From an uncultured SAR116 cluster alpha proteobacterium (GTDB lineage: Bacteria; Pseudomonadota; Alphaproteobacteria; Puniceispirillales; Puniceispirillaceae), in the NCBI GenBank assembly GCA_902578815.1, contig CACHEI010000002.1:61563-125562 (forward strand): DNA of 64,000 bases. The letters run 5' to 3'. The translations under genes were made by a program, and so were the position numbers. The notes beneath the pieces were generated by a model. That model made no database searches. It was not told where the DNA came from and saw only the letters and a program-made list of their open reading frames with translations. Positions 9,180 through 18,905 of this stretch are shown piece after piece (position 1 is the stretch's first letter; the number at the start of each line of letters is the position of its first letter).

Positions 9180-9941
9180 ATGGATTTGGCATCAATTATT
9201 GGGTTCCTTGGGGCTGTCGCAATGATCATACTTGCCATGTTACTTGGCGGTGGCGTTTCTCCATTCATTGACCCGCCGTCGCTGGCGATTGTTGGAGGTG
9301 GCACCTTTTTTGCTGTGATGTACAACTGTCCACTGCCGGCATTTCTTGGGAGTTTTGGTGCCATGGGCAAGGCCTTTTTCCCGCCAGTAAAAAAACTGCC
9401 GGATATGGTCGAACGAATGACTGATTTAGCTGGCATTGCCCGAAAGGACGGCATGATGGCGCTTGAGGGGCAAGAAGTGCCAGATCCGTTTTTTGAAAAA
9501 GGCCTTCAAATGCTTGTGGACGGCGCGGACGAGAACAAACTAGCAAGTCAATTGTCTATGGAGATCAAGTCCATGAAATCTCGTCATGAGGCTAATCAGA
9601 CAATCATCAACGCCTGGGTAGATCTAGCTCCAGCAATGGGGATGATTGGAACCCTAATTGGACTGGTTTTGATGTTGGGTAATATGGCTGACCCGAAAGC
9701 GATTGGACCGGCGATGGCGGTTGCTCTCTTAACTACTCTCTACGGCGCCTTTATTGCTAACATTGTCTTTAAGCCTATGGTTCTCAAATTGGAAGGCTAT
9801 ACCACTTACGAAGTTGTTTATCGCGAGATGGTCGTCGAGGGCTTGCGGAACATTGCTCGTGGCGAATCACCGCGAAACATCCAAGACATTATGCTTTCTA
9901 GCTTGCCGCCTAAGCTCCAAGCTGAAATGGCTGATGCTTAA
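9180..9941 (+). CDS. motA: flagellar stator protein MotA/PomA
   Basis: ATG at 9180. MDLASIIGFLGAVAMIILAMLLGGG N-terminus, four TM helices, and C-terminal GPAMAVALLTTLYGAFIANIVFKP, typical of the MotA/TolQ/ExbB family. Confidence 0.9.
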   Translation: MDLASIIGFLGAVAMIILAMLLGGGVSPFIDPPSLAIVGGGTFFAVMYNCPLPAFLGSFGAMGKAFFPPVKKLPDMVERMTDLAGIARKDGMMALEGQEVPDPFFEKGLQMLVDGADENKLASQLSMEIKSMKSRHEANQTIINAWVDLAPAMGMIGTLIGLVLMLGNMADPKAIGPAMAVALLTTLYGAFIANIVFKPMVLKLEGYTTYEVVYREMVVEGLRNIARGESPRNIQDIMLSSLPPKLQAEMADA

Positions 9942-9978
9942 TCTGGAGCGCACTTTAACGAGTTGCTGGAGATAAAAA

Positions 9979-11163
9979 ATGGCTGATGCCACCGAAGTCG
10001 ATGGTGAAGAAGAAGAAGAAGAAGTTGAAGAGTTTGATGAAGGGTGCCCGGAATGTCCAAAGTGTCCTCCGGTTGGTGCGCCAGCTTGGATGGCAACCTT
10101 TGCCGACATGGCGACTCTACTAATGGCGTTCTTCGTTTTAATTCTGTCATTTGCTGAATTCAACGTTCCAAAGTTCAAGCAAATTTCGGGCTCGCTAAAG
10201 AACGCTTTTGGTGTTCAACGCGTGGTACCAATAGTTGAGCAGCCAAAAGGGACCACGGTTTTATCACTTAACTTTAGCCCATCACCAAACCCTTCGATTA
10301 CGACGGATATGACGCAGCAGACAACCAGCGTAACCCAGCCTGATCTTGAGTTAAAACAAAAGAAAAAAGAGGACGATGGAGGCGAAAGCGAGGCAGCAGA
10401 GGATATTGTGCGCGCACTTGAAGACGCAATTGCACGCGGGGAGATTGAGGTTGAAACACTTGGGGAAAAGGTTGTAGTCAATTTCACTGCAACTGACGCT
10501 GAAGAACAGGATTTACCCCAATTGCTGCGCGAAACCCTGAACGCAATTGAAAAGGCGCAAAACGCAGCCGGCAAAACTGACCAGGAGGTCCTTATTGGTG
10601 GGTTGAATGAGAAATTAGGCCAATTGATGGCTGATGCGAGCGCTGCGTTGGAAGCATTGACTGCTGCTGATCAGGCAACTCAAGACGCCGCCTCCGAAAA
10701 GAATGAGAAAATTGAGAGGGCTAAGATAGCAGAAGATGAACTCAAGGTTGCTCTCCGCCAAGAGATTGGTGAGGGACTTGTCGCGGTTGAGCGCGACGAA
10801 GAACAGGTAATTGTAACAGTTGGAGCCGGTGGCGCTTTTGCATCAGGATCGGCAACGCTGACAAATGCAGCCAAGGAGATTATGTCTAAAATTGCAGGTA
10901 TTAATGCGGATGGCAGTGGTAAAATTACCGTATCTGGCCACACCGATGATGTTCCTTTGATTTTTGGCTCACAATTCCGCGACAACTGGGATCTGGCGGC
11001 CGCTCGTTCAGCCAGCGTTGTTCAGGAGCTTGAAGATACGGGTATGATCCCCGCAGGTCGGATGGAGGCTGTAAGCTATGGTGAATCAAAACCGATCGAG
11101 AGTAACAGCACGGCTGATGGGCGGTCGGTAAACCGTCGGATTGAGATTGAGATTAATTACTAA
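9979..11163 (+). CDS. motB: flagellar stator protein MotB/PomB with extended linker
   Basis: PAWMATFADMATLLMAFFVLILSF (TM helix with the conserved Asp). C-terminal OmpA-like peptidoglycan-binding domain (SGHTDDVP, NWDLAAARSASV, NRRIEIEI). Acidic, Cys-rich N-terminus CPECPKCPP, as in PomB-type proteins. Confidence 0.9.
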   Translation: MADATEVDGEEEEEEVEEFDEGCPECPKCPPVGAPAWMATFADMATLLMAFFVLILSFAEFNVPKFKQISGSLKNAFGVQRVVPIVEQPKGTTVLSLNFSPSPNPSITTDMTQQTTSVTQPDLELKQKKKEDDGGESEAAEDIVRALEDAIARGEIEVETLGEKVVVNFTATDAEEQDLPQLLRETLNAIEKAQNAAGKTDQEVLIGGLNEKLGQLMADASAALEALTAADQATQDAASEKNEKIERAKIAEDELKVALRQEIGEGLVAVERDEEQVIVTVGAGGAFASGSATLTNAAKEIMSKIAGINADGSGKITVSGHTDDVPLIFGSQFRDNWDLAAARSASVVQELEDTGMIPAGRMEAVSYGESKPIESNSTADGRSVNRRIEIEINY

Positions 11164-11584
11164 GACTGGTACGGGCCATTGGTCCCACGACAAAACAGCT
11201 TAGCCACCACTAGTAACGAGACTGGCATGAGGCTTTCATCTAAGTGGAAGATTACGTAAGTATTTACTGGCGACATTAGGCCAATAAAAAGTAATCAGAG
11301 CCACTTTTCAGCGGGCCATAAACACAGAACAGCGAGGCACTTAGCCTAATTATTTCTGCCAGCATGACCCTCTCCGCAAACCTAAAGACAACTTTATAGA
11401 GCTCTATCAAATAGGCACTTAGTATGGTTTCTGCGCGTTGTTTTTTAATATTCATTATGCAACCGGCACGGAAAATGCATCAGATGGCGTATCACTAATC
11501 CTTGACGTTTTTAGTCTAGGGGATGTGAAAACTTAAGTGGCTTGTGAGTTTTTTTAGTTAAAGAGTGATTAGAAGAGCGGCATA

Positions 11585-14239
11585 ATGGCTAAACTGTCTG
11601 TGGATCAAACTCTGTTAAGGGCAAAGTTGCATATAAAAAAGGGAGAACTTGAAGAAGCTCAAAGGTTTTACCAAGCCGTGTTACTAGCGTTTCCCGAGAA
11701 TAAAAGAGCAAAAAAAGGACTGGATGCCTTGAGAAAACCTAATGCAGCAACCACTTCGCAAAACCCATCTCAGCAACAACTCAGTAGTCTTTTTGAATGC
11801 TATCAGAGCCGACGATTTGGTGAAGCAGAAAAGCAAGCGGTATTTATTACTAACGAGTTTCCCAAAAATCAATTTGGCTGGAAAATTTTAGGCGCAGTAT
11901 TGAGAGCAACTGGCAGAAATTCTGAAGCCTTAGATGCTAATCAAACAACAGTAGCGTTATCTCCTCAAGATGCCGAAGCCCACAACAACTTGGCCGTGAC
12001 GCTTCAGGGACTAGGCAGATTAGACGAAGCTATAGCCAGCTATAACCAAGCTTTAGTGTTGAAGCCTAACTATGTCAACGCCCACTACAACTTGGGCGTT
12101 ACGCTACAAGAACTAGGCAGATTAGACGAAGCTATAGCCAGCTATAACCAAGCGATAGCTTTGAAGCCTGACTTTGCCAACGCCCATTACAACTTGGGCG
12201 TTACTCTACAAGAACTAGGCAGATTAGATGAAGCTCTGGCTAGCTATAAACAAGTGATAGCGTTAAAGCCTGACTATGCCAAAGCACACAACAATTTGGG
12301 CTATACGCTACAAGAACTGGGCAGATTAGACGAAGCTCTGGCCAACTATAACCATGCGATAGCTTTGAAGCCTGACTATGACGACGCCCACAGCAATTTG
12401 GGCGTTACGCTACAAGAACTAGGCAGATTAGACGAAGCTATAGCCAGCTATAAACAAGCGATAGCTTTTAAGCCTGACTTTGCCAAAGCTCACAACAATT
12501 TGGGCAATACGCTAAAAGAACTGGGCAGATTAGATGAAGCCCTGGCCAGCTATAATCAAGCGATAGCGTTAAAGCCTGACTATGCCAACGCACATAACAA
12601 TTTGGGTAATATGCTTCAAGAACTAGGCAGATTAGACGAAGCTCTGGCCAGCTATAATCAAGCGATAGTATTCAAGGATGACTTTGCCGAAGCTTATGTA
12701 AATTTCGGTATCGCTCTTAAAAAAGTAAAATTCAATTCATCAAACTCCAAGCTGTATCCCCTAATAAGCCAACTGTTAAATGCTGGAAATTTTACGCGTC
12801 CTTTGGATTTGGCTTACAATATTTTAAGTCTTTTAAAGCATGACACTAAAATTAATGATTTACTGTTCAAGAAAAAACCTGCTTTAAGCCTTAACGAGGC
12901 AATTTCCATAATTGGAAGTCTGGATAAAATTCCACTTCTTCATCAGTTGATGCGTTTATGTCCTCTTCCTGACCTTCAGTTTGAGGAACTCTTTGTTGCG
13001 ATACGAAGTTCGCTTCTCAAAAATCTCGATAAGTTGGAGGTATCTCCTGAACTCATCTATTTTTTTTCGACGCTTTCTATGCACTGTTTCACTAATGAAT
13101 ATGTTTACGTTGAAAGTGACAAAGAGACTCATTTGATTGGCGAATTACAAACTGAAATTTCGCAAATCGTCGCTACATCTGAGCAGCCGGAAATCGCAAA
13201 AATTCTGTGCTTGGCATCTTATCGCCCGTTACACCAATATGATTGGTGTCAAAAGCTAGATTGTCTTGACAATCTAGAAGAGGTGAAGAACAGGCTGATA
13301 GAGGAACCACTTCTCGAGAAAATAATAGCGAAAGATATTCCAGTGTTGGAAGAAATATCAGACGATGTGTCGCTTAAAGTTAGGGAGCAGTATGAAGAGA
13401 GCCCTTATCCACGATGGGTGAAACTAGCAGTTTCGGTAAAGGCAAAACCAATCTCTGCGGTTTGTGACAAATTAACGCTTCAACTCCATTCCCAAAATAT
13501 TAAAAATGTGACGGCTCCGGCTATTCTTATTGCTGGTTGCGGGACAGGCCAGCACTCGATAGAAACTGCTTCTCGCTTTTCTAATTGTCATGTCACTGCT
13601 GTGGATTTGAGTCTTGCAAGCTTAGCTTATGCACAAAGAAAATCTAATGAATTATGTCTTAACAACATAGATTATTTGCAGGCCGACATATTAAATCTCC
13701 AGCGAATGGGCAAAGAATTTGACATCATTGAAAGTGCGGGTGTTCTTCATCATATGGATGATCCGATGGTAGGGTGGAGAGTTCTTGTGGATTTATTGAA
13801 GCCCGGCGGCTTGATGAAAATAGGTTTGTACAGTGATTTGGCTCGAAAAAATATTGTAGAGATCCGAAAGGAAATCACAGCACTGGACGTGGGGAGGTCG
13901 TTGGCTGATATCAGAAAATTCAGATACTCACTAGCGAAATCCCAAGAAGAAAAACATAACCGATTAACTAAGTACACTGATTTTTTTAGTCTTAGTATGA
14001 TTAGAGATGCATTATTTCACGTGCAGGAACATCGTTTTACGCTCCCACAGATTAAAAGCTGTCTTAACGAGTTGGGACTAACGTTCTGCACATTTGAAGT
14101 TCACGGTATAAACTCCCGATTTAGAGAGTTTCATGGTGAAGCATCCGATATTCGTGACTTGGTCTTGTGGCATGAGTTCGAGGAAAGTCATCCCCAAGCG
14201 TTTGCCGGAATGTACCAATTTTGGTGTCAGAAGCCTTAA
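11585..14239 (+). CDS. TPR-repeat protein fused to a class I SAM-dependent methyltransferase (884 aa)
   Basis: N-terminal signature MAKLSVDQTLL...AFPENKRAKKGL. About 8 TPR units (AHNNLGVTLQELGRLDEAIASYNQAIALKPDYA). C-terminal ILIAGCGTGQHS (motif I), FDIIESAGVLHH and LKPGGLM. Confidence 0.85.
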   Translation: MAKLSVDQTLLRAKLHIKKGELEEAQRFYQAVLLAFPENKRAKKGLDALRKPNAATTSQNPSQQQLSSLFECYQSRRFGEAEKQAVFITNEFPKNQFGWKILGAVLRATGRNSEALDANQTTVALSPQDAEAHNNLAVTLQGLGRLDEAIASYNQALVLKPNYVNAHYNLGVTLQELGRLDEAIASYNQAIALKPDFANAHYNLGVTLQELGRLDEALASYKQVIALKPDYAKAHNNLGYTLQELGRLDEALANYNHAIALKPDYDDAHSNLGVTLQELGRLDEAIASYKQAIAFKPDFAKAHNNLGNTLKELGRLDEALASYNQAIALKPDYANAHNNLGNMLQELGRLDEALASYNQAIVFKDDFAEAYVNFGIALKKVKFNSSNSKLYPLISQLLNAGNFTRPLDLAYNILSLLKHDTKINDLLFKKKPALSLNEAISIIGSLDKIPLLHQLMRLCPLPDLQFEELFVAIRSSLLKNLDKLEVSPELIYFFSTLSMHCFTNEYVYVESDKETHLIGELQTEISQIVATSEQPEIAKILCLASYRPLHQYDWCQKLDCLDNLEEVKNRLIEEPLLEKIIAKDIPVLEEISDDVSLKVREQYEESPYPRWVKLAVSVKAKPISAVCDKLTLQLHSQNIKNVTAPAILIAGCGTGQHSIETASRFSNCHVTAVDLSLASLAYAQRKSNELCLNNIDYLQADILNLQRMGKEFDIIESAGVLHHMDDPMVGWRVLVDLLKPGGLMKIGLYSDLARKNIVEIRKEITALDVGRSLADIRKFRYSLAKSQEEKHNRLTKYTDFFSLSMIRDALFHVQEHRFTLPQIKSCLNELGLTFCTFEVHGINSRFREFHGEASDIRDLVLWHEFEESHPQAFAGMYQFWCQKP
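11975..12688 (+). repeat. seven tandem 102-bp (34-aa TPR) near-identical coding repeats
   Basis: Units such as gaactaggcagattagacgaagctatagccagctataaccaagcgatagctttgaagcctgac recur with few changes. Confidence 0.85.
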
Positions 14240-14564
14240 GTCTAATCAATCGTTGACAGCCCCACATTACCCACCAGCTAAACACTAAATTGCAAGACTC
14301 ACTTAGAGAGCTTATTTGAGGGAAATAATATGGCAATAGTAGTCATTTGATATCTTCGAGCCATTCTAAATGGCGCAAGCAACCCGATCGAACGGTGGTC
14401 TGGGCCGGCAAACAGCAGCAGTAACCCCGGTCCATTGAGCGTGGCGCTTGGATCTTGGGTGTTATCCAAAATAGAGCATTTTCTGGCTGACGCCAATTAG
14501 CTATCATATTGATAAAATTGCAATTCAGGTAAAGAGTAGTCACTATGTAGGCATCGAACTCAGC

Positions 14565-14652
14565 CCCCAGGCATCACTTTCCTGCAAATGCTCCATGTAA
14601 AATGCTTTGATTCAAGCAGTTAGTTAATCACTGCTGAATTGGGTATGTCGCA
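14565..14652. repeat. left arm of an 88-bp inverted repeat flanking the recombinase pseudogene (IRa-L)
   Basis: ccccaggcatcactttcctgcaaatgctccatgtaaaatgctttgattcaagcagttagttaatcactgctgaattgggtatgtcgca is the near-perfect reverse complement of 15793..15881. Confidence 0.85.
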
Positions 14653-15782
14653 TGGTAGGTCAAATAAACCATCATCTGTATTGCTAGCATGGCTTCTATT
14701 ACTTCTCCAGGCTTGTGCCAAAAGCATTGTTTGAACATTATTCAAAGCCCCTCATCGTGCTTGCATTGAAGACCAAGCAGTATCGTGATGCCTTGAGGCA
14801 AAGCCAAATCATATCCAAGAGGCTGGATGACCAGTGGTTCCATATGCAACTGGATGTGATGGGGCTGGATAATGTGCAGAGCAGACTGTTCCAGCCTGTG
14901 AAGACATCTGCACCTCTGATGTCAGAAGCGACCAGCTTCTATCTGAGATTGAAAGGCGATGGTAAGGACAAGGTCTTTGTCCGTGCAGCCCAGCGCAATG
15001 CTGACTCTGTGATTGAGGTATTGGGAGATAGGCCCATCAATGACTATGTGTCCTCAGAAGCTGGTAAGCTGCGTGATGCCCTGATTGATAGAGGATTAGC
15101 AGTTACCTCCATCAAGAGGATGTTTGGTTCCATCAAAGCCATCATCAATCTGGCTATGGCAGAGCATGGGATAGAGGGGCGCAACCCCTTTGCCAGCATC
15201 CATATGCCTGATGCGACACCAGAGGAACGCCAGCCAATACATCTGGATGATATCAGGCGTATCCAGCATGAGTGCATGAATGTAGATGATGAGAACAGGT
15301 AGCTGCTTGCTCTCATCAGTGACACTGGCATGAGACTGTCAGAAGCTGCTGGGCTGGCCAGAGATGATATCGTACTGGATGCTGACGTGCCTCATATCAA
15401 ACTCGTTCCACACCCATGGAGAAGGTTGAAGACCAAAGGCAGTGAGAGACTAATACCATTGATTGGGGTAAGCCTGTGGGCTACCGGAAGGCTGCAACAG
15501 CATGACAGTAACTATGCCTTCCCTCGTTACTGCGATAGCAAGATATGTAATGCCAACTCAGCTAGCGCTGCCTTGAATAAATGGCTGAAGCCTAGACTTA
15601 CTGACCATGCAGTAGTGCATAGTCTTCGTCATTCTATGAGAGACAGGCTACGTGCAGTGGAATGTCCATCAGACATCATTGACCAGATAGGCGGATGGTA
15701 ATCGTCTTCCATTGGTTCATCCTATGGCAAAGGCTATGAACTGCCTGTATTGGCTAAATGGATGAAGATGATGGAGGAGTAG
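14652..15782 (+). pseudogene. tyrosine recombinase/integrase with three in-frame stop codons
   Basis: One continuous frame reads MVGQINHHLYC*HGFYYFSRLVPKAL...VDDENR*LLALISDTGMRLSEA...HSLRHSMRDRL...IGGW*SSSIGSSYGKGYELPVLAKWM. Stops are TAG 14685, TAG 15300 and TAA 15699. The catalytic R (TGMRLSE), HxxR and the C-terminal Tyr region are all present. Confidence 0.8.
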
Positions 15783-15792
15783 ATATGTTCAC

Positions 15793-15881
15793 TGCGACCT
15801 ACCCAATTCAGCAGTGATAAATTAACTGTTTGAATCAAGGCATTTTAAATGGAGCATTTGCAGGAAAGTGGTGCCCAGGGG
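15793..15881. repeat. right arm of the 88-bp inverted repeat (IRa-R), overlapping the 16-bp core
   Basis: Reverse complement of 14565..14652. It ends in aagtggtgcccagggg. Confidence 0.85.
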
Positions 15882-16272
15882 CGGTATTGGTTCCTTACGT
15901 GTGTACCAGCTGGCAGCCTTGATTGATGCTGTGCCTAGAGTCTCACTCAGCAGGTGCACCGTCAAGATGCATCAATGACCTACCCTGTGACCTACCCATT
16001 TAGAAATCTTCTGGAAATGGAAAGGACCTATTATGAATGAATGTATCTACGAGATGGGTAGGCAGGAACCATACCCACCTACGTACCTATTACACATGTG
16101 GCGTTTCACAGATTGGATTTAGACACTGGTAACCACTATCAGTTGCCTTATGTGGCATTTGCATGGGTCACTGACATGCCCAATTGCGGGTGCTGTTACT
16201 GCCGGTGTTCATAAAGAGGGGGTAGATATATTTATTCCCCTTCGCTGAATGACAGAAATGACAAAAATGACA
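15866..16272. repeat. left arm of a ~400-bp imperfect inverted repeat flanking the second TPR-methyltransferase (IRb-L)
   Basis: Hand alignment to the reverse complement of 18421..18814. One shared block is nearly identical (gaaatcttctggaaatggaaaggacctattatgaatgaat.tatctacgagatgggtaggcaggaaccatacccacctacgtacctatta). The inner end carries aatgaca-type short repeats. Confidence 0.8.
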
Positions 16273-16684
16273 AAGAAACTGAAAAGTCGCCCATGAGGAC
16301 AATTGCCAGAGGTTTATAAAAACACTGTCATTCTTGTCATGGAAAAAGTGGACATATCACTGCCAACTCAGCCTTTGCCATTGCAGTAGCGAGTAAAAAA
16401 AAAATTGAGAGCCATGTAATGCCTCTGGAGCACTTCAGCAAGACTTTTTAGTTCAAAGACTGCCCCTCCACTTGTCATGAAGTCTTTACCAATTTCAAGA
16501 CTTTACCTTTAAATCAGGGCCGCTAAATGTTTTAATGACTATCATACTATTGTCGGAAGCAACGATTGTGATATCTTTGCTCATTGCTGCCCGGTTCAAC
16601 ACTTTTGAACTACGATCGCCTTTCCGAATAAATTTACCAGGTACGAAACCCCATTATGAGATTTAGCTAAGTGAGGACTTAAGG

Positions 16685-18346
16685 TTGGCAAAACTATCGG
16701 TGGATCAGGCGCTATTAAAGGCTAGGTCTCACGCTAAGAAGGGCAGGTTTCAGGAAGCGCAGGAACTATATGAGGGTGTTCTACAAGCTTTTCCCGAGAA
16801 CAAAAGAGCACAGCAGGGTCTAGCTGGTTTAAACAAGGCTAATCAGCCCAACGCCACACAAATCCCACCTCAAGAAACAATTAATCACCTCATCAATCTG
16901 TATAATCAGGGGCAATTAGCAGCAGTAGTTGAGCAAGCACACGCCCTTACAAGGCAATTTCCTAATAAGCTCATTATCTGGAATATTCTGGGGCGTGCTG
17001 CTGCACAAACTGGACAAATAGACAAAGCCATTAATGCGTTCAAAAAAGTTACGGCCATCAAGCCTGATTATGCAGATGCGTATTACAACATGGGCAATGC
17101 TCTCATAGATCAAGGTAAGCTGGAGGAAGCGGTAGAGGCTTACAAAAAAACATTGTCACTGCAACCTGATTATGCAGAGGTCTATAACAACATGGGCTTT
17201 GCTCTCAAAGATCAAGGTAAGCTGGAGGAAGCAATAGGGGCTTACAAAAAAGCATTGTCACTGCAACCTGATTATGCAGGTGCCTATAACAACATGGGCA
17301 ATGCTCTCATAGATCAAGGTAAGCTGGAGGAAGCAATAGAGGCTTACAAAAAAGCATTGTCACTGCAACCTCATTATGCAGGGGCCTATAACAACATGGG
17401 CGTTGTTCTCATGGATCAAGGTAAGCTGGAGGAAGCAGTAGAGGCTTACAAAAAAACATTGTCACTGCAACCTGATTATGCAGAGGTCTATAACAACATG
17501 GGCAATGCTCTCAAAGATCAAGGTAAGCTGGAGGAAGCAATAGAGGCTTACAAAAAAGCATTGTCACTGCAACCTGATTATGCTGATGCCTATTACAACA
17601 TGGGCAATGCTCTCAAAGACCAAGGTAAGCTGGAGGAAGCAGTAGAGGCTTATAAAAAAGCATTGTCACTGAAGCCTGATTATGCAGAAGCCAGCCATAT
17701 CTTATCTTCGCTTACTGGTAAAACAACTAACTCAGCACCTGGCGAATATGTAAAAAATTTGTTTGATAGATACGCTTATAAATTCGACAAGTCGTTGTTA
17801 GTGGATTTATCGTACAAAAGTCCAGAGGTCATCACGCAATTAGCTTTAGAAAAACATGGTGGTGGCTCGCTTGGCTCAATCTTAGATTTAGGTTGCGGTA
17901 CGGGTTTGACTGGAGAAAAAATCCGGCCACATTGTACTAAGCTTGACGGGATTGATTTATCCAGAAATATGCTTGAGATAGCAAAATCACGGAACATTTA
18001 CGATAACCTAGACCGTGTTGATATCGTTGAATACTTATCGAATGCGGAACTGAAATTTGATTACTTCATTGCAACAGATGTATTTGTCTACGTCGGTGAT
18101 TTATCTGAGGTGTTCCGCCTCATAAGGGTTAGAAACAAAAAACCTGGGAAATTAGTATTTTCGACTGAACATACTAATGAGAAAGGTTTTCATTTAGAAA
18201 AATCTGGGCGATATTCTCACTCTAAGAGTTACATTGAAGAGCTTTGCAAGGAATTTGACTTCTCAATATCTCATTTCTCAGAGACAAATCTTAGAAAAGA
18301 AAAAGGGAGTTTTTTGATTGGAGGCCTTTACTTCTTAGACTTTTGA
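16685..18346 (+). CDS. TPR-repeat protein fused to a class I SAM-dependent methyltransferase (553 aa, COG4976-like architecture)
   Basis: TTG start. N-terminal signature MAKLSVDQALL...AFPENKRAQQGL. Six near-identical TPR units (AYNNMGNALKDQGKLEEAIEAYKKALSLQPDYA). C-terminal ILDLGCGTGLTG (motif I) and FDYFIATDVFVYVGD. Confidence 0.85.
   Translation: MAKLSVDQALLKARSHAKKGRFQEAQELYEGVLQAFPENKRAQQGLAGLNKANQPNATQIPPQETINHLINLYNQGQLAAVVEQAHALTRQFPNKLIIWNILGRAAAQTGQIDKAINAFKKVTAIKPDYADAYYNMGNALIDQGKLEEAVEAYKKTLSLQPDYAEVYNNMGFALKDQGKLEEAIGAYKKALSLQPDYAGAYNNMGNALIDQGKLEEAIEAYKKALSLQPHYAGAYNNMGVVLMDQGKLEEAVEAYKKTLSLQPDYAEVYNNMGNALKDQGKLEEAIEAYKKALSLQPDYADAYYNMGNALKDQGKLEEAVEAYKKALSLKPDYAEASHILSSLTGKTTNSAPGEYVKNLFDRYAYKFDKSLLVDLSYKSPEVITQLALEKHGGGSLGSILDLGCGTGLTGEKIRPHCTKLDGIDLSRNMLEIAKSRNIYDNLDRVDIVEYLSNAELKFDYFIATDVFVYVGDLSEVFRLIRVRNKKPGKLVFSTEHTNEKGFHLEKSGRYSHSKSYIEELCKEFDFSISHFSETNLRKEKGSFLIGGLYFLDF
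17075..17686 (+). repeat. six tandem 102-bp (34-aa TPR) near-identical coding repeats
   Basis: The unit gatcaaggtaagctggaggaagcaatagaggcttacaaaaaagcattgtcactgcaacctgattatgca recurs almost unchanged. Confidence 0.85.
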
Positions 18347-18420
18347 ATCAGGCTTTTCTGCCATGACCCGTTATGCACCGACACCTTTTCTTACCCAAAA
18401 ACTATTCAGGCTCTCTCACA

Positions 18421-18814
18421 GTCATTCTTGTCATCTTTGTCATTCAACGAGGGAGAATAGATATATCTAATCCTTCGTTATGAACAACGGCAGTGACCCC
18501 ACCCGCAAATAGGCATGTCAGTGACCCATTGGATTGCACCAAACGACGACTGATAGTGGTTACCAGTGTTTAAACACAATCTGTGAAATAACACATGTTT
18601 AATAGGTACGTAGGTGGGTATGGTTCCTGCCTACCCATCTCGTAGATAGATTCATTCATAATAGGTCCTTTCCATTTCCAGAAGATTTCTGATTGGGTAG
18701 GTCATTGACGCATCTTGACTGCGCGTGTGATGAATGAGATTTTAGGCTCTTCTTGGATTAAGGCATCTAGCTGATACATACGTAAGGAACCAATACCGCC
18801 CCTGGGCACCACTT
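18421..18814. repeat. right arm of the ~400-bp inverted repeat (IRb-R)
   Basis: Reverse complement aligns to 15866..16272. It ends with the core caccactt/cccctgggc. Confidence 0.8.
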
Positions 18815-18905
18815 CTTCTATGGTCCGTGGTTCAAATACCTAATTTTCATGCATCGTGGTTGTTCGTCCGCAGTGCTCGAATCACGGTCCTTCCCATCCA
18901 CTTGG

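Noticed and set aside
11975-12688. Regular 102-bp periodic repeats (also at 17075-17686) that could be mistaken for a CRISPR-like or satellite array.
   Set aside because: They lie in frame inside long ORFs and encode canonical 34-aa TPR units. There is no spacer/repeat architecture.
14541-14565. T-loop-like strings next to the recombination cores: GAGTTCGATGCC (reverse strand here) and GGTTCAAATACC at 18835-18846. These could indicate a tRNA integration target.
   Set aside because: I could not fold either into a T-arm plus acceptor stem. The stems do not pair and no CCA-proximal acceptor complement exists. No tRNA gene is supported.
14685-15701. Programmed stop-codon read-through or an alternative genetic code as the explanation for the three in-frame stops in the recombinase.
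   Set aside because: TAG and TAA act as genuine terminators of well-conserved neighbouring genes, such as fliD (TAG) and motB (TAA). A pseudogene is the simpler reading.
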